A stretch of 64,000 bases of DNA, taken from assembly GCF_009914755.1 (NCBI RefSeq), contig NC_060926.1; one strand, written 5' to 3'. The notes below the pieces were generated by a model, which was not told where the DNA came from, ran no database searches, and saw nothing but the letters and a program-made list of their open reading frames with translations. Origin of the DNA: the human T2T-CHM13v2.0 reference genome, Homo sapiens. The first letter of the stretch is position 1. The number at the start of each line of letters is the position of its first letter. Made by a program: the position numbers and the translations under genes. Positions 1 to 13,394 of the stretch are shown here, piece by piece.

Positions 1-540
1 AAGACAACTGACCAACTGGGAGAAATATTAATATATGCCACAGAGAAAGGGTTAGTTACACGAATATGTAAGAATTCCTAAAAATTAAGGTACAAAGGAA
101 CAAAAACCCTATCGAAGAATGGAGTAAGGACAGGAATAAATTCACAAGAGAGGTAATGCCTATCTAACATATCGGAAAATGTTAAAACTCTTAATTAGAA
201 AAGCACAAATTGAAACAACACTGAAATACCATTTCTCACCTATCACATTGGCACAAATTTTAAAATATGACAACAAATTCTGTTGGCAAAATTGTGGAGA
301 AACGGGCATACTCCTACTTGGCTGGTGGGAATGTAAATTAGAACAGTCCTACTAAAGAAAAATTTGGCTACATCAAGACAACTCTTGCCTTTTTAAACCC
401 AGCAGTCTCCTTCCAGGAATATATGCTGAAAATACACCAATAATATAAAAATACATGTGGACAAGGTTATTCATTGAAGCACTGCTTGTAATTGCAAAAA
501 TATTGGGAATGGCATGTATCCCAACACATGGAAAGCTAGT
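1..540 (+). mobile_element. Old L1M ORF2-end / 3' fragment
   Basis: Degenerate matches to L1 3' motifs (gaaataccatttctcacct, tggtgggaatgtaaatt, cccagcagt). Confidence 0.7.
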
Positions 541-1129
541 GAGACTAAGTAAGTTTTTAAAATTTTATTAGATTTAGATTTATATCCATATGTGGCTAGT
601 GACTACCATTTTGAATAGCATAGCTTGAGAGGTACTTTTCACTTCCTGAGGACCATAGACCAAGAGAAAGTGCACAGAAAATTGCAGCCAAAAGTTTAAG
701 GGGTTAAGTATGCCCTCCGCAAACATATCTTGCTGGGACAGGAGTCCAGGACCTGCCAAGGAGAGGGGCCTAGTAATCACCCAATACTTCTGATACTTTC
801 TGGAGGACTACACCCTAGGAATAGGGGAGAACTGGAAATAGGAGAGTCTTTTTGAAACTTGAAACCGCTCAATCCCTGATCAGATGACAGTGACTTCACT
901 ACTCAGAGAATAAAATGGCAAAGAGAGTGGAGATTATTTGCCACACGGGTAACTAGCAAAGGATAATTTCCATATCACAGTACTGCAAATTAAACCACAA
1001 GGAGATGTTGCTACGTACACAGCAGAATGAGCAAAATTTTAAAAAAGACCCTCAATGGCAATTACACAGGTGTTCTCTTTAGAAAAATGTCTAGCCTTAT
1101 ACATTATTTGTAGTTTTCTGTATTTATGC

Positions 1130-1592
1130 CATATTATTTTTCTATGCTGCCATAATAAATTACCACGAACTTGGTGACCTAACACAAATTTATCCTCTTA
1201 CAGTTCTGTAGGTCAGAAACCAAAATGGACCTGACTGAGCTAAAATTCAGTTGTCAGCAAATAAATGTGTTCCTTCTGATGTTCTAGGAGAGAACCCACT
1301 TCCTTACCTTTTCCAGCTTCTAGAGGGTGCCCACACTACTTGTCTCAAGGCCCCTTTCTCTATCTTCAAAGACAGCAACAATCTGACAATTCTATAGCAT
1401 CCTGACCACAGCCAGAAAGATCTGCTACCTTTAAGGACTGGACACACCTGGATAATTCAGGATAGCTTTGCCATCTAAAAGTCCTTAGTTTAATCAAACC
1501 TGCAAAGCCCCTTTTGCCAGGTAAGGTAACATCTTCATAGGTTCAGGAATTAGGACATGGACACTTTGGGAGGCCATTATTCTACCTACCAC
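1130..1592 (-). mobile_element. MaLR LTR (MLT1-type)
   Basis: gctgccataataaattaccac...cttacagttctgtaggtcagaa...ggccattattctacctaccaca. Confidence 0.8.
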
Positions 1593-2279
1593 ATGTGCTA
1601 TACTTCAGAATAAAAATATAATAAAGTAATACGCATACTTGACTATTCAAAGTCCGGTTAAGATTATCCTCATCCAACACCTGAACAATTCAGATCCTCT
1701 GGTCATTTTAACTCTGATGCTAAAACTACCTTCTTACTATTGTTCACCTTGCTTTTAATACTTCCCATACTTTTTCATTATTATTAATTTATACACTGAA
1801 TGCTTTATATTTTTCTCATATTTACTGTTTCCTAAGTATGATTATTTTTTCCCCACTCTTTATCATTCCCTCTTATATCTCACTACTTTCTTTTTGTATA
1901 TAATTTCCTTCTTCATGAAGTACATCCTTGAATAATTCTTTCAGGATGGGTCTGTAAATGATAAACTCTCTGTTTTCACTTATCTTTAAAAAGTCTTTTT
2001 TACATTCACATTTGAATGATAGTGTCTCTAAGTAAAATATCCTGGGTTAGAAATGCAGTATACTATGTGGCTTAAAGATTTTGAAGTCATACTACTTAGG
2101 CTTAAATCCCTAATGCATCAGTAAATAAGAAACATATAATGTGAGCAAGCTAATTAACTACTCTGCTTTCTCTGAATCTATAAAATGCGAACAATGATAG
2201 CTATATAGTCATAAAAATTAAATGAGTTAATACATGTGAAATGTTTAAAACATAACTACCAAAGAAAAAGCATTAAGTA

Positions 2280-2405
2280 GCCAGGCGTGGTGGCTCATGC
2301 CTGTATTCCTAGTGCTTTGGGAGGCTGAGCTGGGAGGACTGCTTGAGGCCAGAAGTTCCAGAGACCAGCCTGGGCAACGTAGCAAGACACCATCCCTACA
2401 AAAAG
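2280..2405 (+). mobile_element. Alu left monomer (FLAM-like) inserted in a MIR
   Basis: Single arm; TSD aaaagcat(t/c)aagta at 2266-2279 and 2413-2426. Confidence 0.85.
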
Positions 2406-3578
2406 TTATTTTAAAAGCATCAAGTAAATCCTGGCTATCATTAACTATTAGGTTGACTTAAATATCAAGGTTAATTTTCCTTGACATTTAACACATATAT
2501 ATTATTTCATTGTCTGCTGGTATCCATTGTTCTTAAGAAGTCTGCTTTCAGATTTACGGTTTTCCTTTGACTGTAACTTTTGTTTAATCCTAGGCCATTT
2601 TTAAGATTCTCTCTGTGCCCGTGGTATCCTTAAGTTCCATTAGAGTACATCTAAATATAGGCTGAACTGTATTTCACTTATCCTCCTCAAGATCTGAATG
2701 CACCTCGTATCTTTCATTGATTTTAGGAAAGTCCCACATTGAATACTGTCTGCTTATTGTCATCTCTAGTCTCTCTTCCTGGAATGCTTATTACTCTCAT
2801 GACAGACCTGCTCTCTCTATCCTCAATGTCTTTTAACCCCATATATTTTTCATTTCTTCACCTTCATGTGTAACAATCCAGAAAATTTCTTAGATTATCT
2901 TCAAGATTTCAATTCTTTAATTGTAGCCAAAATTCTTTTGAATCCATCCATTTAATGTTTTGCTTTTATTATTACAGTTTCAAATCTAGAAGTTCTATGT
3001 GCTCTTTTTCAAATCTTACTCTTTTTTTCACAATTTCTCCTTCCTATCTCATGTCTTTATTTCTTTCCTCATATCCTAAATATTTAAAATATTCATTTTA
3101 TAGCCTGCATCTGATCATCTATTACCTGAGGGGAAGTGGAGCAAGGTCTGCCACTGAGTTTTGCTCAAAGTTTAGTTTCCTTTTGTGTTTTATAAAGTTG
3201 GATTGTAAACTTATCCTCATCAAAGCTTTATCTATAAGAATCTTGTACAATCTAGATTAAAGTGAGTCCTTCAGAGAGGTTTTGCTTTTGCTGCTACCAA
3301 GCAAACTAGGTATCACCAGCCCATGTCCAGTTTTATCACAGGTCACAGAGGCGTATTAATTGAAAGCACAAATTCATGTTAGGCAAGCCTGTTGTTTGAC
3401 TGCTCAGAAAGAAACTCCCTGCCCCCACATTCCCCACTCCCCTAGAATCCAGAATACATACCCAGGGAGTCATGCTCCTCTGCTACCTTCATGTGCCAAT
3501 GATAAGCAGTTTCCTATTCTACATTATTGACAATGCATCTTTTAAAGAGCCATGGCATTATATAGAAGTCTTATTTCT

Positions 3579-4593
3579 TCTTTTTCTTTTATTTTCTGCA
3601 TGACAAAGAATCTTTAATTTTAAATGAGTATCAGTATACCAAGTAATAACATGTAGAAAGTTTGTGAATTCTATCATCTGGTGATTTTGATTAAGAGAAA
3701 CTAAATGTAGCCCAAACAATTCCCAAGTGTTCATTATTCTAACCGTTAGCAAGAATAAACTACTTTAAGGCTTGCTGCAACTTCTCACAGGTTCAAGTAA
3801 CTATTTAATACTTTTTCATAAAGCCCATGACCTTCAAGAAAGTGTTAGGGCAAAAAAAAAATTATTTCATCCCTTTTTTTCTTCAAAGAAGTGGATTTCT
3901 TCTTACCAGATCTAAGAAAGAAAAAGTCAACACTGATACATGTGTATTTGACTAAAAGGCATAGGAAAACAGACAACAAGTGCTCATTAAATTTCTAAGA
4001 AATATGAGGGAAAAAGATAAAATCTTTGCATAAGTTCTAAGTCTGTACAAAGAAGCTAGATTTGCTACTCTCAAAAAATTAAAACACCTACTGTATAATA
4101 TACAGAAATAATTTAATGCCTTTTCACAAGACCATAACTTGAGCTTTGCTAAAGCTTCATATTCCATGCGGGCATCTAAAATGCCAGTCCATGAAACAGG
4201 TGCTCCTTTCTTCTGGAAGTTTCCATGGATTTCTAGCCAATATAGCAAAGGTTGTCCAAGACTTCATCCCAGTTCTGCTAGAAGTAGGTCTGGAAGATGG
4301 GCATCTTCTCGTGGGTCTCCTGCAGTTCCGTGGGATCCCAGTGCTGCAGCTTCCAAGGCCTTGAACACGTTCTCCCTCTGCGGATGGTACTGTTCAATTT
4401 CAGCCTGAGCTAAGGCACTGGCCTGCTTCCTCCTCCTGTTCTTTTGCTTGGTACCCCTCCTCGGTGGATGGCTTCTCAGCCTACAGCAGCTGCTGGGGCC
4501 AACCGACTGGCCATGGCTGTGGTGACTCTGAAGCCGAGGCAAGCGCCCTAAATCGGCTCCAGGGTCAGCTGACCAGGTCACTCATGATCTACC
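3579..4593 (-). pseudogene. Processed pseudogene of ATP6V1G1 (V-ATPase subunit G1) with 5'UTR, disrupted CDS, 3'UTR and A-tail
   Basis: ATG at 4514-4512; broken-frame peptides MAS.., QQLL*AEK, KNRRRKQA..AQAEIEQY..QRE..FKALEAAALGS, ETHEKMPIFQTYF*QNWDEVLDNL match ATP6V1G1; intronless; ATTAAA at 3613-3618; A-rich tail ~3579-3596; candidate TSD 3564-3578 / 4594-4608 (13/15 identical). Confidence 0.92.
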
Positions 4594-5470
4594 AGAAGTC
4601 TGACTTCTGACTCATCATTTTAAAGACTTCACCTTCTATCTCAAGATAGGTATTAAAATTCACTCCCCTACAGGTTTCAAGACCACAATCCCCATCCCAA
4701 GTAGCCACTCCCTCCTTCTCATGAGTATTTCTCTAACTTCTACCCCTCTCTTCACTTTTGCCTGGTAGAAATTTCCCTTGTTCTCCTAAAAGTTCAACCA
4801 CGCAGGTAAGCAGATTTTTTAAAATTAACATTTTAATGAGTACTTCTAAATATTTTAGTGGTAAGATTTTTAGAATTTCTAGTCAATGATATTGCCAGCT
4901 ACAAAAATTTATATTCATCTTTATATTTTTTGAGTTTTCTAAATATTCTACAGTAAGCATTAAATTAGAAAAGGTCATGTTCAAACTAAAATTGCTCACT
5001 GACATATGTAATCAGAAGTGAAGAAAAAAGATGGCACCTAACAAAGCTATGATACCTAGTAAAGTCCTATTTGTTAAAAGAAGAGTGGACATTTAAAGCA
5101 GTTGTTCCCGGTTTTCCATCAAAATCACCGAATAAATTGTCAAACGCATACTCCAGGATGCTTCTGCTAATTTCTAATCCATTATATCTGGATTGAGCAT
5201 AGAAAATGCTAAGAAAAAATGCACATGGTTCTGAGGCACAGATACACTCAAAGATTACTAGTTTAGAAGTCAGAGAACAATATGAGAAGGCGGAAGCTTT
5301 TGTCCCCCAGTTACCCCTATCTAGGACTAGCCCAAGTTTCTTCCCAAGTTTCACTTTCCAAGGAGGAATCCAAGCAAAGAACAATGGCTTAAAATCAGAA
5401 AGGAGTGCTTTAAGATATTATTTTTAAAAAGAGGAAGGTTTGAGGCATAAGAGATGGTTTCAAAGACAAA

Positions 5471-5920
5471 TGTGGCAGTCAAGTGTAATGGTAGCACTAG
5501 TATAAGTCTAAAGATCCATTTCTTTATCATTATGACTCTGGTCAACTTCATTATCATTCCCAAGTATTTGCTCCTCTCTTCCTCTGAGAGGATTATTCTT
5601 CCCTGCCCCATTAACATCAAGCTTGCCCATGAGACGTTCTTTGACCTGTGAAATGTGAAGAAGTAACCTAAGCCACATTTGGACTGAAGTTTTGTGAGCC
5701 ACTGTGTGGTTCTACTTTGTTCTCTTCCCTATGCCACAAGAGAGAAAAGGGGACTGTTCTTTCTTCCTGAGTCCCCAAATGAATAAGACATGGGACACAG
5801 CAGAGGCCAACCACAGCTGACGTTTGACACTTGTGAGAAATAAATGTTCGCAGTCGTAAGCTACTAAGATATAGATGTCACTTGTTAATGTAGCATAACT
5901 TAGTCTATCCTGTCTGATAC
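5471..5920 (+). mobile_element. Old MaLR LTR (MLT1-type)
   Basis: TG...CA ends; gcccatgagacgttctttgacctgtgaaatgtga; gagaaataaa...gtaagctactaag...gtagcataac...ctgataca. Confidence 0.7.
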
Positions 5921-6129
5921 AGAAATAACTGCACCTATTACATTACTAAAAATACTTTGTGCATGATTCATGGAAGCTCTGAGGTGCATTCTTTTTGTAA
6001 ATAATCAAGTAAAACACAAACAAGGCTGCCTGCACAATTTTAATAAAGCAAACAAATGTAATCAAGTGATATAAAGCATCATAATAAAATCCAGTGTGAA
6101 ATTTTTAAGAATCACAATAGAAGTCACTG

Positions 6130-6627
6130 TGTCAAACCCTGGCAAATGGAGCTGGGGAGAGCCATGAAGGGGGGGCTCTTACACATCATTTGCCTGATAA
6201 CAGGTAACTATCACAAAAAAATTTTCCAAACCACCGTTGACTACACGAATCACACAAGGACAGCTAATTACTTCTACATAAACGCTTGCCTGTTTCAAAA
6301 ACTATCCCAAGCCCAATCCAAAACTACAAGAGCCTAACCGTAACTCCAAGATTACAAAGCCCTATCTTACTGCAACTGACACTTACCAGTCAGACTCACC
6401 AGCTCTTGTAAGGCACTGCCAGCGCCAATAAGATTGCTTTTCAAAACAACTTGCGTAACCTCCTCTTTCCCCAATAAACCCTAACCCATTCCTTTATTCT
6501 CCACACATACTGGAAGCCACTTTGCTCTGTATGTATGTCTTGAATTGCAGTCCTACTTCTTGAATATTGTTCCCAAATAAAATCTTTTCATTTAGAGATT
6601 TGTCTTGCTACATTTTTTATATTGACA
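6130..6627 (+). mobile_element. Solo ERV LTR, family not assigned
   Basis: TGTCAA...TTGACA termini; AATAAA signals near 6473 and 6576; no clear TSD. Confidence 0.6.
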
Positions 6628-8051
6628 CCAGTTTCAATCATTCATTTATTTATTCACTTGCCCTGCCAAAATTTGCTGACATTTGCTCTCTACTAGGCAC
6701 TGTGCAATTCCCTGGTAATAAGGAGATAAATAAGATCTAGAAGATATATACAGAAAGCAAAGGGGGAGAGAGAGAAATATGTAAGCAAATAAATACAGCA
6801 CAGTATGATAAGAGCTATAATAGAGACAGAGTACAAAGACAGAGAAGTCACAGAAGGTTTCATAGCAGAGAGAATCTTAGCAGGACCTTGAAGGATAGGC
6901 AGGTATTTGTTAAGTGAAGAAAACGGGATCACTACTCCAAACAAAGGAAACAGTCTGTAACACACGGAGGGCCATGAGTGAAACAGACAGCGGAGGAGTT
7001 AAGTTCCATGTGAGTATCCTAGTGCATGCATGGAGAGAAATAAAGCTAAAGCAGACAGGAAGCAGACAGCAAAGAACCTTCCAAGCCACTCTAGAGAATC
7101 CAACATTTACCTGTCAGCAACGGTCAGTCACTGAAAACTTTCCGCAGATCATGACATGATCACATATATGTTGCAGGAAGACAACACTGAGAGAAATACA
7201 GAAGCTGGGTTGGAAAGGAAGAGCCCAACAACATCACTGTTCTCTGTTTTGAGATTCACATGTTTCAACAAAGGCAAATGGCTGTATGTTTTGTTCAAAA
7301 GGCACACGCTAAATTGCCAAGTAAAAACAACAAAAAGCTGACTATATACAAAGGATTTACGGAAGTATAACACACAAGATTACTGGAAAGAATTTAAAGT
7401 CACTTCTTTCTTCCTCATAAAACATTCATATTCAATCCATCTTGCTTCTCACAAAGTATTCTGCTGCCACAAGCAACCCACCCTGACCTCACCACCCCAA
7501 ACTTAAAATCAGATTACTAAGAGCAAACTGCTTATGAGAAGACAGAAAATTTTAAAAAGCCAATGAACAGATATATTTCTGAAAGACCACCCTTTTAGAA
7601 ACCAAAACATAGATTAGCTAAGCAATGTTTTCCTTTCTATTTTGATTATACTGGTCCATGACCATGTATCTTACCAGACACTACTAATGAAGGCCGGTGC
7701 AATGAAATAGTCCCAGCCAGAATTTAGAATTGGAATGAGCCCTACATGGGGCTTCCACTTGAACCCCAATCTAATGTTTTGAACCTCACTACAAAGTCAG
7801 CGCCTTCTGTGGCTCTGCCAACTTGCTTGCATACCCTCCAATGGAAAGGGAGACACTATCTCTTGAAACAGTATATTTGATCTATGGCTAAATTTTTAGG
7901 TTTCTGATATTGCCAAAGTACCCTACACTTAACAAAATGACTATACTACCAGGAAATATGAGCAATCATTTGTACCCTTTAGAAATACAAAGCTATACAT
8001 ATAGTAATTGTAAGCAAATATAAGAATTATTAAGAATAATTACAAAATATC

Positions 8052-8486
<435 letters not shown>

Positions 8487-8934
8487 CTATGTTTTAATCC
8501 TGGTTTCTCTACTTACTGTGCAACCCTGGGCAATTACCCTATTCACTTTATATCACAATTTTCATTTCTTGTAATATTAACATAATAAAAGTATCTATGC
8601 CATAGGATTGTTATAAGGATTAAATGAGGTAACACTGGGAAAGTCATGTATAGAAGAATTCAATACTTGCCAATTATTAGTCTTCTTGGTATTGCCAGCT
8701 TCTTAAATATAGTAGATGGCAAACAAACTTTGGAATGAAATAAATCAAAATAAACATAATTTTACAACCTTTTGACTATGCTGTTAAAACTTTTTAAACA
8801 ATAAAATGACAATCATTTGTTTTTCTGTTTAAAGGGAAATTATCTGCAAAGCCTACCATAAAAATTGTATAAATAAAACCTAATACTGTAGGGGAAAAAG
8901 TGCCCAGAATTTTAAGAAGTTAGTTTCTACTTAC

Positions 8935-9108
8935 ATCTGGTTTGGAATGCTGAAATATCTTCAGGGGAAATTTTAAGTCCCCTTTAGCTAAAGTTACTAA
9001 ATATTCTTTTAATAGCTCATTAGCCACACCAGGCGACTGTTTCTCACAACGATGAAGAAAGGGAACCATCCACTGGTAGGCACTTGTCACATATTTATCC
9101 TCAGAACA
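8935..9108 (-). CDS. NBAS: NBAS coding exon (exon 25), 174 bp, phase 0 to 0
   Basis: tactttcag|TGTTCTGAG...CCAGAT|gtaagt; CSEDKYVTSAYQWMVPFLHRCEKQSPGVANELLKEYLVTLAKGDLKFPLKIFQHSKPD. Confidence 0.97.
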
Positions 9109-9474
9109 CTGAAAGTACAATCAAGCAAAACAGACAAACAAGAATGAAGTTAAACTAAATGCCTTATTATATCAGACAGCGAGTTCTAAAGCTTACAGGT
9201 CCTCAGACTGATGTTAAACAGTGCAAACCCAACACTCTAAAACACACAGTCCAGTTCACCACTCACATGTGGATTGACAGGTAGCAGGAAAATGAATCAC
9301 CTGCTACTGGGGCTAGTAGAGCTGACAGCAACAATATCACTATGGCTCATCTCTTTACATCATAAGCAATATGGGGTCCCAAGGAGCCTAAGCTCAGCTC
9401 TAGAAAACCAACATGCTGCTACTACAACTCAGTCATGAGGTCATCCAGAGCAAAGAGAAGGCATACGCAAAAAC

Positions 9475-9498
9475 AGAGAGAGAGAGAGAGAGAGAGAG
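9475..9498. repeat. (AG)n microsatellite, (CU)n in the pre-mRNA
   Basis: Direct reading. Confidence 0.9.
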
Positions 9499-9910
9499 TA
9501 TAAAAAGAGGCAGAGACACACAGAAAAGGAGACCTTAGACCAACAAAGAGTGAATAAAAAAAGTAGAAAGACAGAGATACACAAATAAGCACAGGTTCTA
9601 AAATAGGGGCCTCTAGAAAATAGGGTTTCATCTATAAAAGTCAGGAATCTCTCCCTTCTTTTTCCTCTTCCTCTTTGTTTTGCCCCTTTACAACCACCTT
9701 TACAAAATTCCAAATGACAGAGATAGTTTTACTCATTATCCCTAAAATTACACAATCGTTTCTCTTAATTATCCCCCAAAAGATACACCTAAAGCTATTA
9801 AGAGGAGTCAACATATAACACAAATTAATTTTAATTAGGTAGATTATCAGGAAAAGAAACTAATGAGATAACGGGAAAGTAAAGACAGAGGGAGAGACAA
9901 AAGGAAGATA

Positions 9911-10358
<448 letters not shown>

Positions 10359-10915
10359 CTAGAAAGAGCGTTGGCAGCTACCACCTCCACAGCACCATCC
10401 TTCTTGCCTGTTGACTCAGTGGCCGGAGTACAAATAAGGTTCTAATTTTGGGGAGAAAGCACAGAATGATCTAAGAATTACTGGGAAAATTCTCTTAAAC
10501 ATACTAACCCTGAAGCCAAGATGTTTTCTTCAAACAACCACCCGGTCCTCTTAACCCTGATACTTTTTTCCAGTCCTTGAAATATATAAGTAATTGGGAA
10601 GTTTAACAAAGTGAAAGGTTAAATACAGGATTACTAGAATCACTAGCTAGTTTAGAAAAACACCTAACTAGAACGGAAAAAAAAAGTTATACAGATGGGT
10701 CTGAGTAAAGGGCAAGCAAGGTATAAACACAACCAAAATAGTTTTATATGTGTTTAGTAAGTTATGCATAATATTTTACTGTGAAAAAAGTCAATCTTTT
10801 TTTACTAACTTCTCAGGTCTGTAGAACATTTCATCTTTGGTTTGAGACACATATGTATCAAAGTGCATAGAAAATGCTTTAAAATATTTAAAAAGGAAGT
10901 TAAAATAAAACCTAC

Positions 10916-11101
10916 ACTATTCATCAGTAATCTTAGTTTTTCAATGTCTTTCATCTGCTGGAGTTCTTTCAGGGTTAGAGTTACATCACACCTGGCTTCA
11001 TAAACCAATGTTTCCAGAGTAACCAAATTGTCACAGAGAACCAGCAAACCAGGAATATTCCGCTCCATCCCAAGTCGAATAAGTGACAATGCACAGTCCA
11101 C
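10916..11101 (-). CDS. NBAS: NBAS coding exon (exon 24), 186 bp, phase 0 to 0
   Basis: caattttag|GTGGACTGT...ATGAATAGT|gtaggt; VDCALSLIRLGMERNIPGLLVLCDNLVTLETLVYEARCDVTLTLKELQQMKDIEKLRLLMNS. Confidence 0.96.
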
Positions 11102-12724
11102 CTAAAATTGAAAAGCAACAATAAGTTCCTGAGTATTATATATTTCTCATCTATTCTAAAGTAAAAGTCTCCAGTACAGAATCTAATTCTTATAATCATT
11201 TTTTATAAAATTGCATTACCAGTAACATACGTTTTTTATTTACTGCAAAAACATCAGAGTCCTTTATCAAATACATCAGCATCAAACTGTTTCAAAGGAA
11301 TCAAACAATCAGCAAGAAATACGGAAGAGAAAGACAACCAACCTATTATAAATTTGTAGAGCGTTACAGTTCACAATGCAGCTTTACATATTTCTTTTAA
11401 TTCTTACAACATTATATTTACATAATAAGAGAAAAAACACATACCTACTAATGATAATGTCAAAATAACCTTATTTTTACTATTACCACTCTGCTTCCAA
11501 AAAGAATGTTTGTTTTGAAGGTTTTACTTTTATATTCCTGTATAGTATCTATCCTTTCACACTGCCTTTCCATATAAAAGTCATTCAATAAATATTTGCT
11601 GAATAACTATGTTACAAACACTTTCTTGGTCTCAGTTCAAATATTTAGCCTTCAAAAGACAAAAACACAGACTGATATTCCTGAAGATGCTCAGGAAACA
11701 GCCATTTGACCCCTATTTCCTGGTCAAGTTTATGAACTGATACATTCTCCGAGTGATAGAGAAATGATCTAGTGTAGTCTAAAGCCATTCTCTCTCACAC
11801 TACTTCTTACTCTCCTATTCCCAATTATTCATGAGGACCTACTATAAGCTAAGCACCATTCACCATTTGTGTTAGAAATACAAAACTGAGTAAGATGAGG
11901 TCTCTTCCTTCAAAGATCTCTCAGCCTTGTAAGAAAAGACAACCACAATGACTGAAGCAGAGTGCAGTGAGTGCTGTGTATGATGCGGATCCCACAGAAG
12001 ACAGTACTTAGCCAGCCTGAGAGGGTCCCAGAGGAGGGAACACTTAGCATGGACTCTAAAGAATCAAAGGGTATTTGTGAGGTGAGGAAGGAAGATTATG
12101 GGAAGGAGAGCAGCATGGAATGCAGAGATGCATGGTGAGTTGTGAAAGTACAATTCCACGTGACTGAAAAGAAGGTGTGAGGGGCAGCAATGAGAAAGAC
12201 GGCTAGAGTAGGAGGGACGGGCCGGATCATGAATGCTGTGTGTCAAGCTAAGGAACACGCAGCTGATCAGGAAGGCAGAGGATTTCTGAATGAGACATGT
12301 CACAAATAGAGCTACACTTTGGAAGGAATACTAAGTATTTACTGACTGATGAATGAAATGTACATGATGAACTGGAAATGGACTGGAGTGAAAATAGGCA
12401 GGCTGGTCAGAAGAATTACAGTTACCAGTATTAGAGAAATTCTGACAGAAACACACTGATTCCCCATTCATTGACTGATTAGTTCACACACTTATTCACA
12501 GACAGTAAATACTTGTTGCATATTTCTAATATACTGGGCAAAAATAATAAGGGGCTAAACTATGACAGTATTCCTGAAGACATACAAGAAAAAGAATATA
12601 ACAGATAATTAAGCAGACAGAATTTGTGAAATTTGGTCAGAGCAGATGAGAAATTTGAGTAAAGAGGAGTCTAGAATGATTTCTCATCTAATCCACAGCA
12701 GAAATTCATATTCATACATATATA

Positions 12725-12807
12725 TGTGTGTGTGTGTGTGTGTAGAAGAATACATTTATTAAAAGTAAAAATTGTGTGTGTGTATGAGTGTGTGTGTGTG
12801 TGTCTGT
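12725..12807. repeat. Interrupted (TG)n microsatellite at the FAM tail
   Basis: Direct reading. Confidence 0.85.
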
Positions 12808-12973
12808 GTTAGAGGCAAGGTCTTCCTATACTGCCCAGGTTGGAGTGGAGTGGGTTATTCACAAGTGCAGTCATAGCACATTACAGCCTTGAACTCCTGG
12901 GCTCTAGTGATCTTCCCACCTCCGCAACAGAGCAGGTGGGACTAAAGGCGCATGCCACCATGCCATGCCTGGC
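12808..12973 (-). mobile_element. FAM-like fossil Alu monomer
   Basis: Retains the 7SL-derived segment gggttattcacaagtgcagtcatagcacattacagcc typical of FAM. Confidence 0.75.
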
Positions 12974-13005
12974 TTTTAATTCTATATTGACCATGTTGCT
13001 TGTGA

Positions 13006-13394
<389 letters not shown>

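Noticed and set aside
4264-4581. 105-aa ORF as a novel gene
   Set aside because: GTG start; patchwork of frames from the ATP6V1G1 retrocopy, with only the middle in the parental frame
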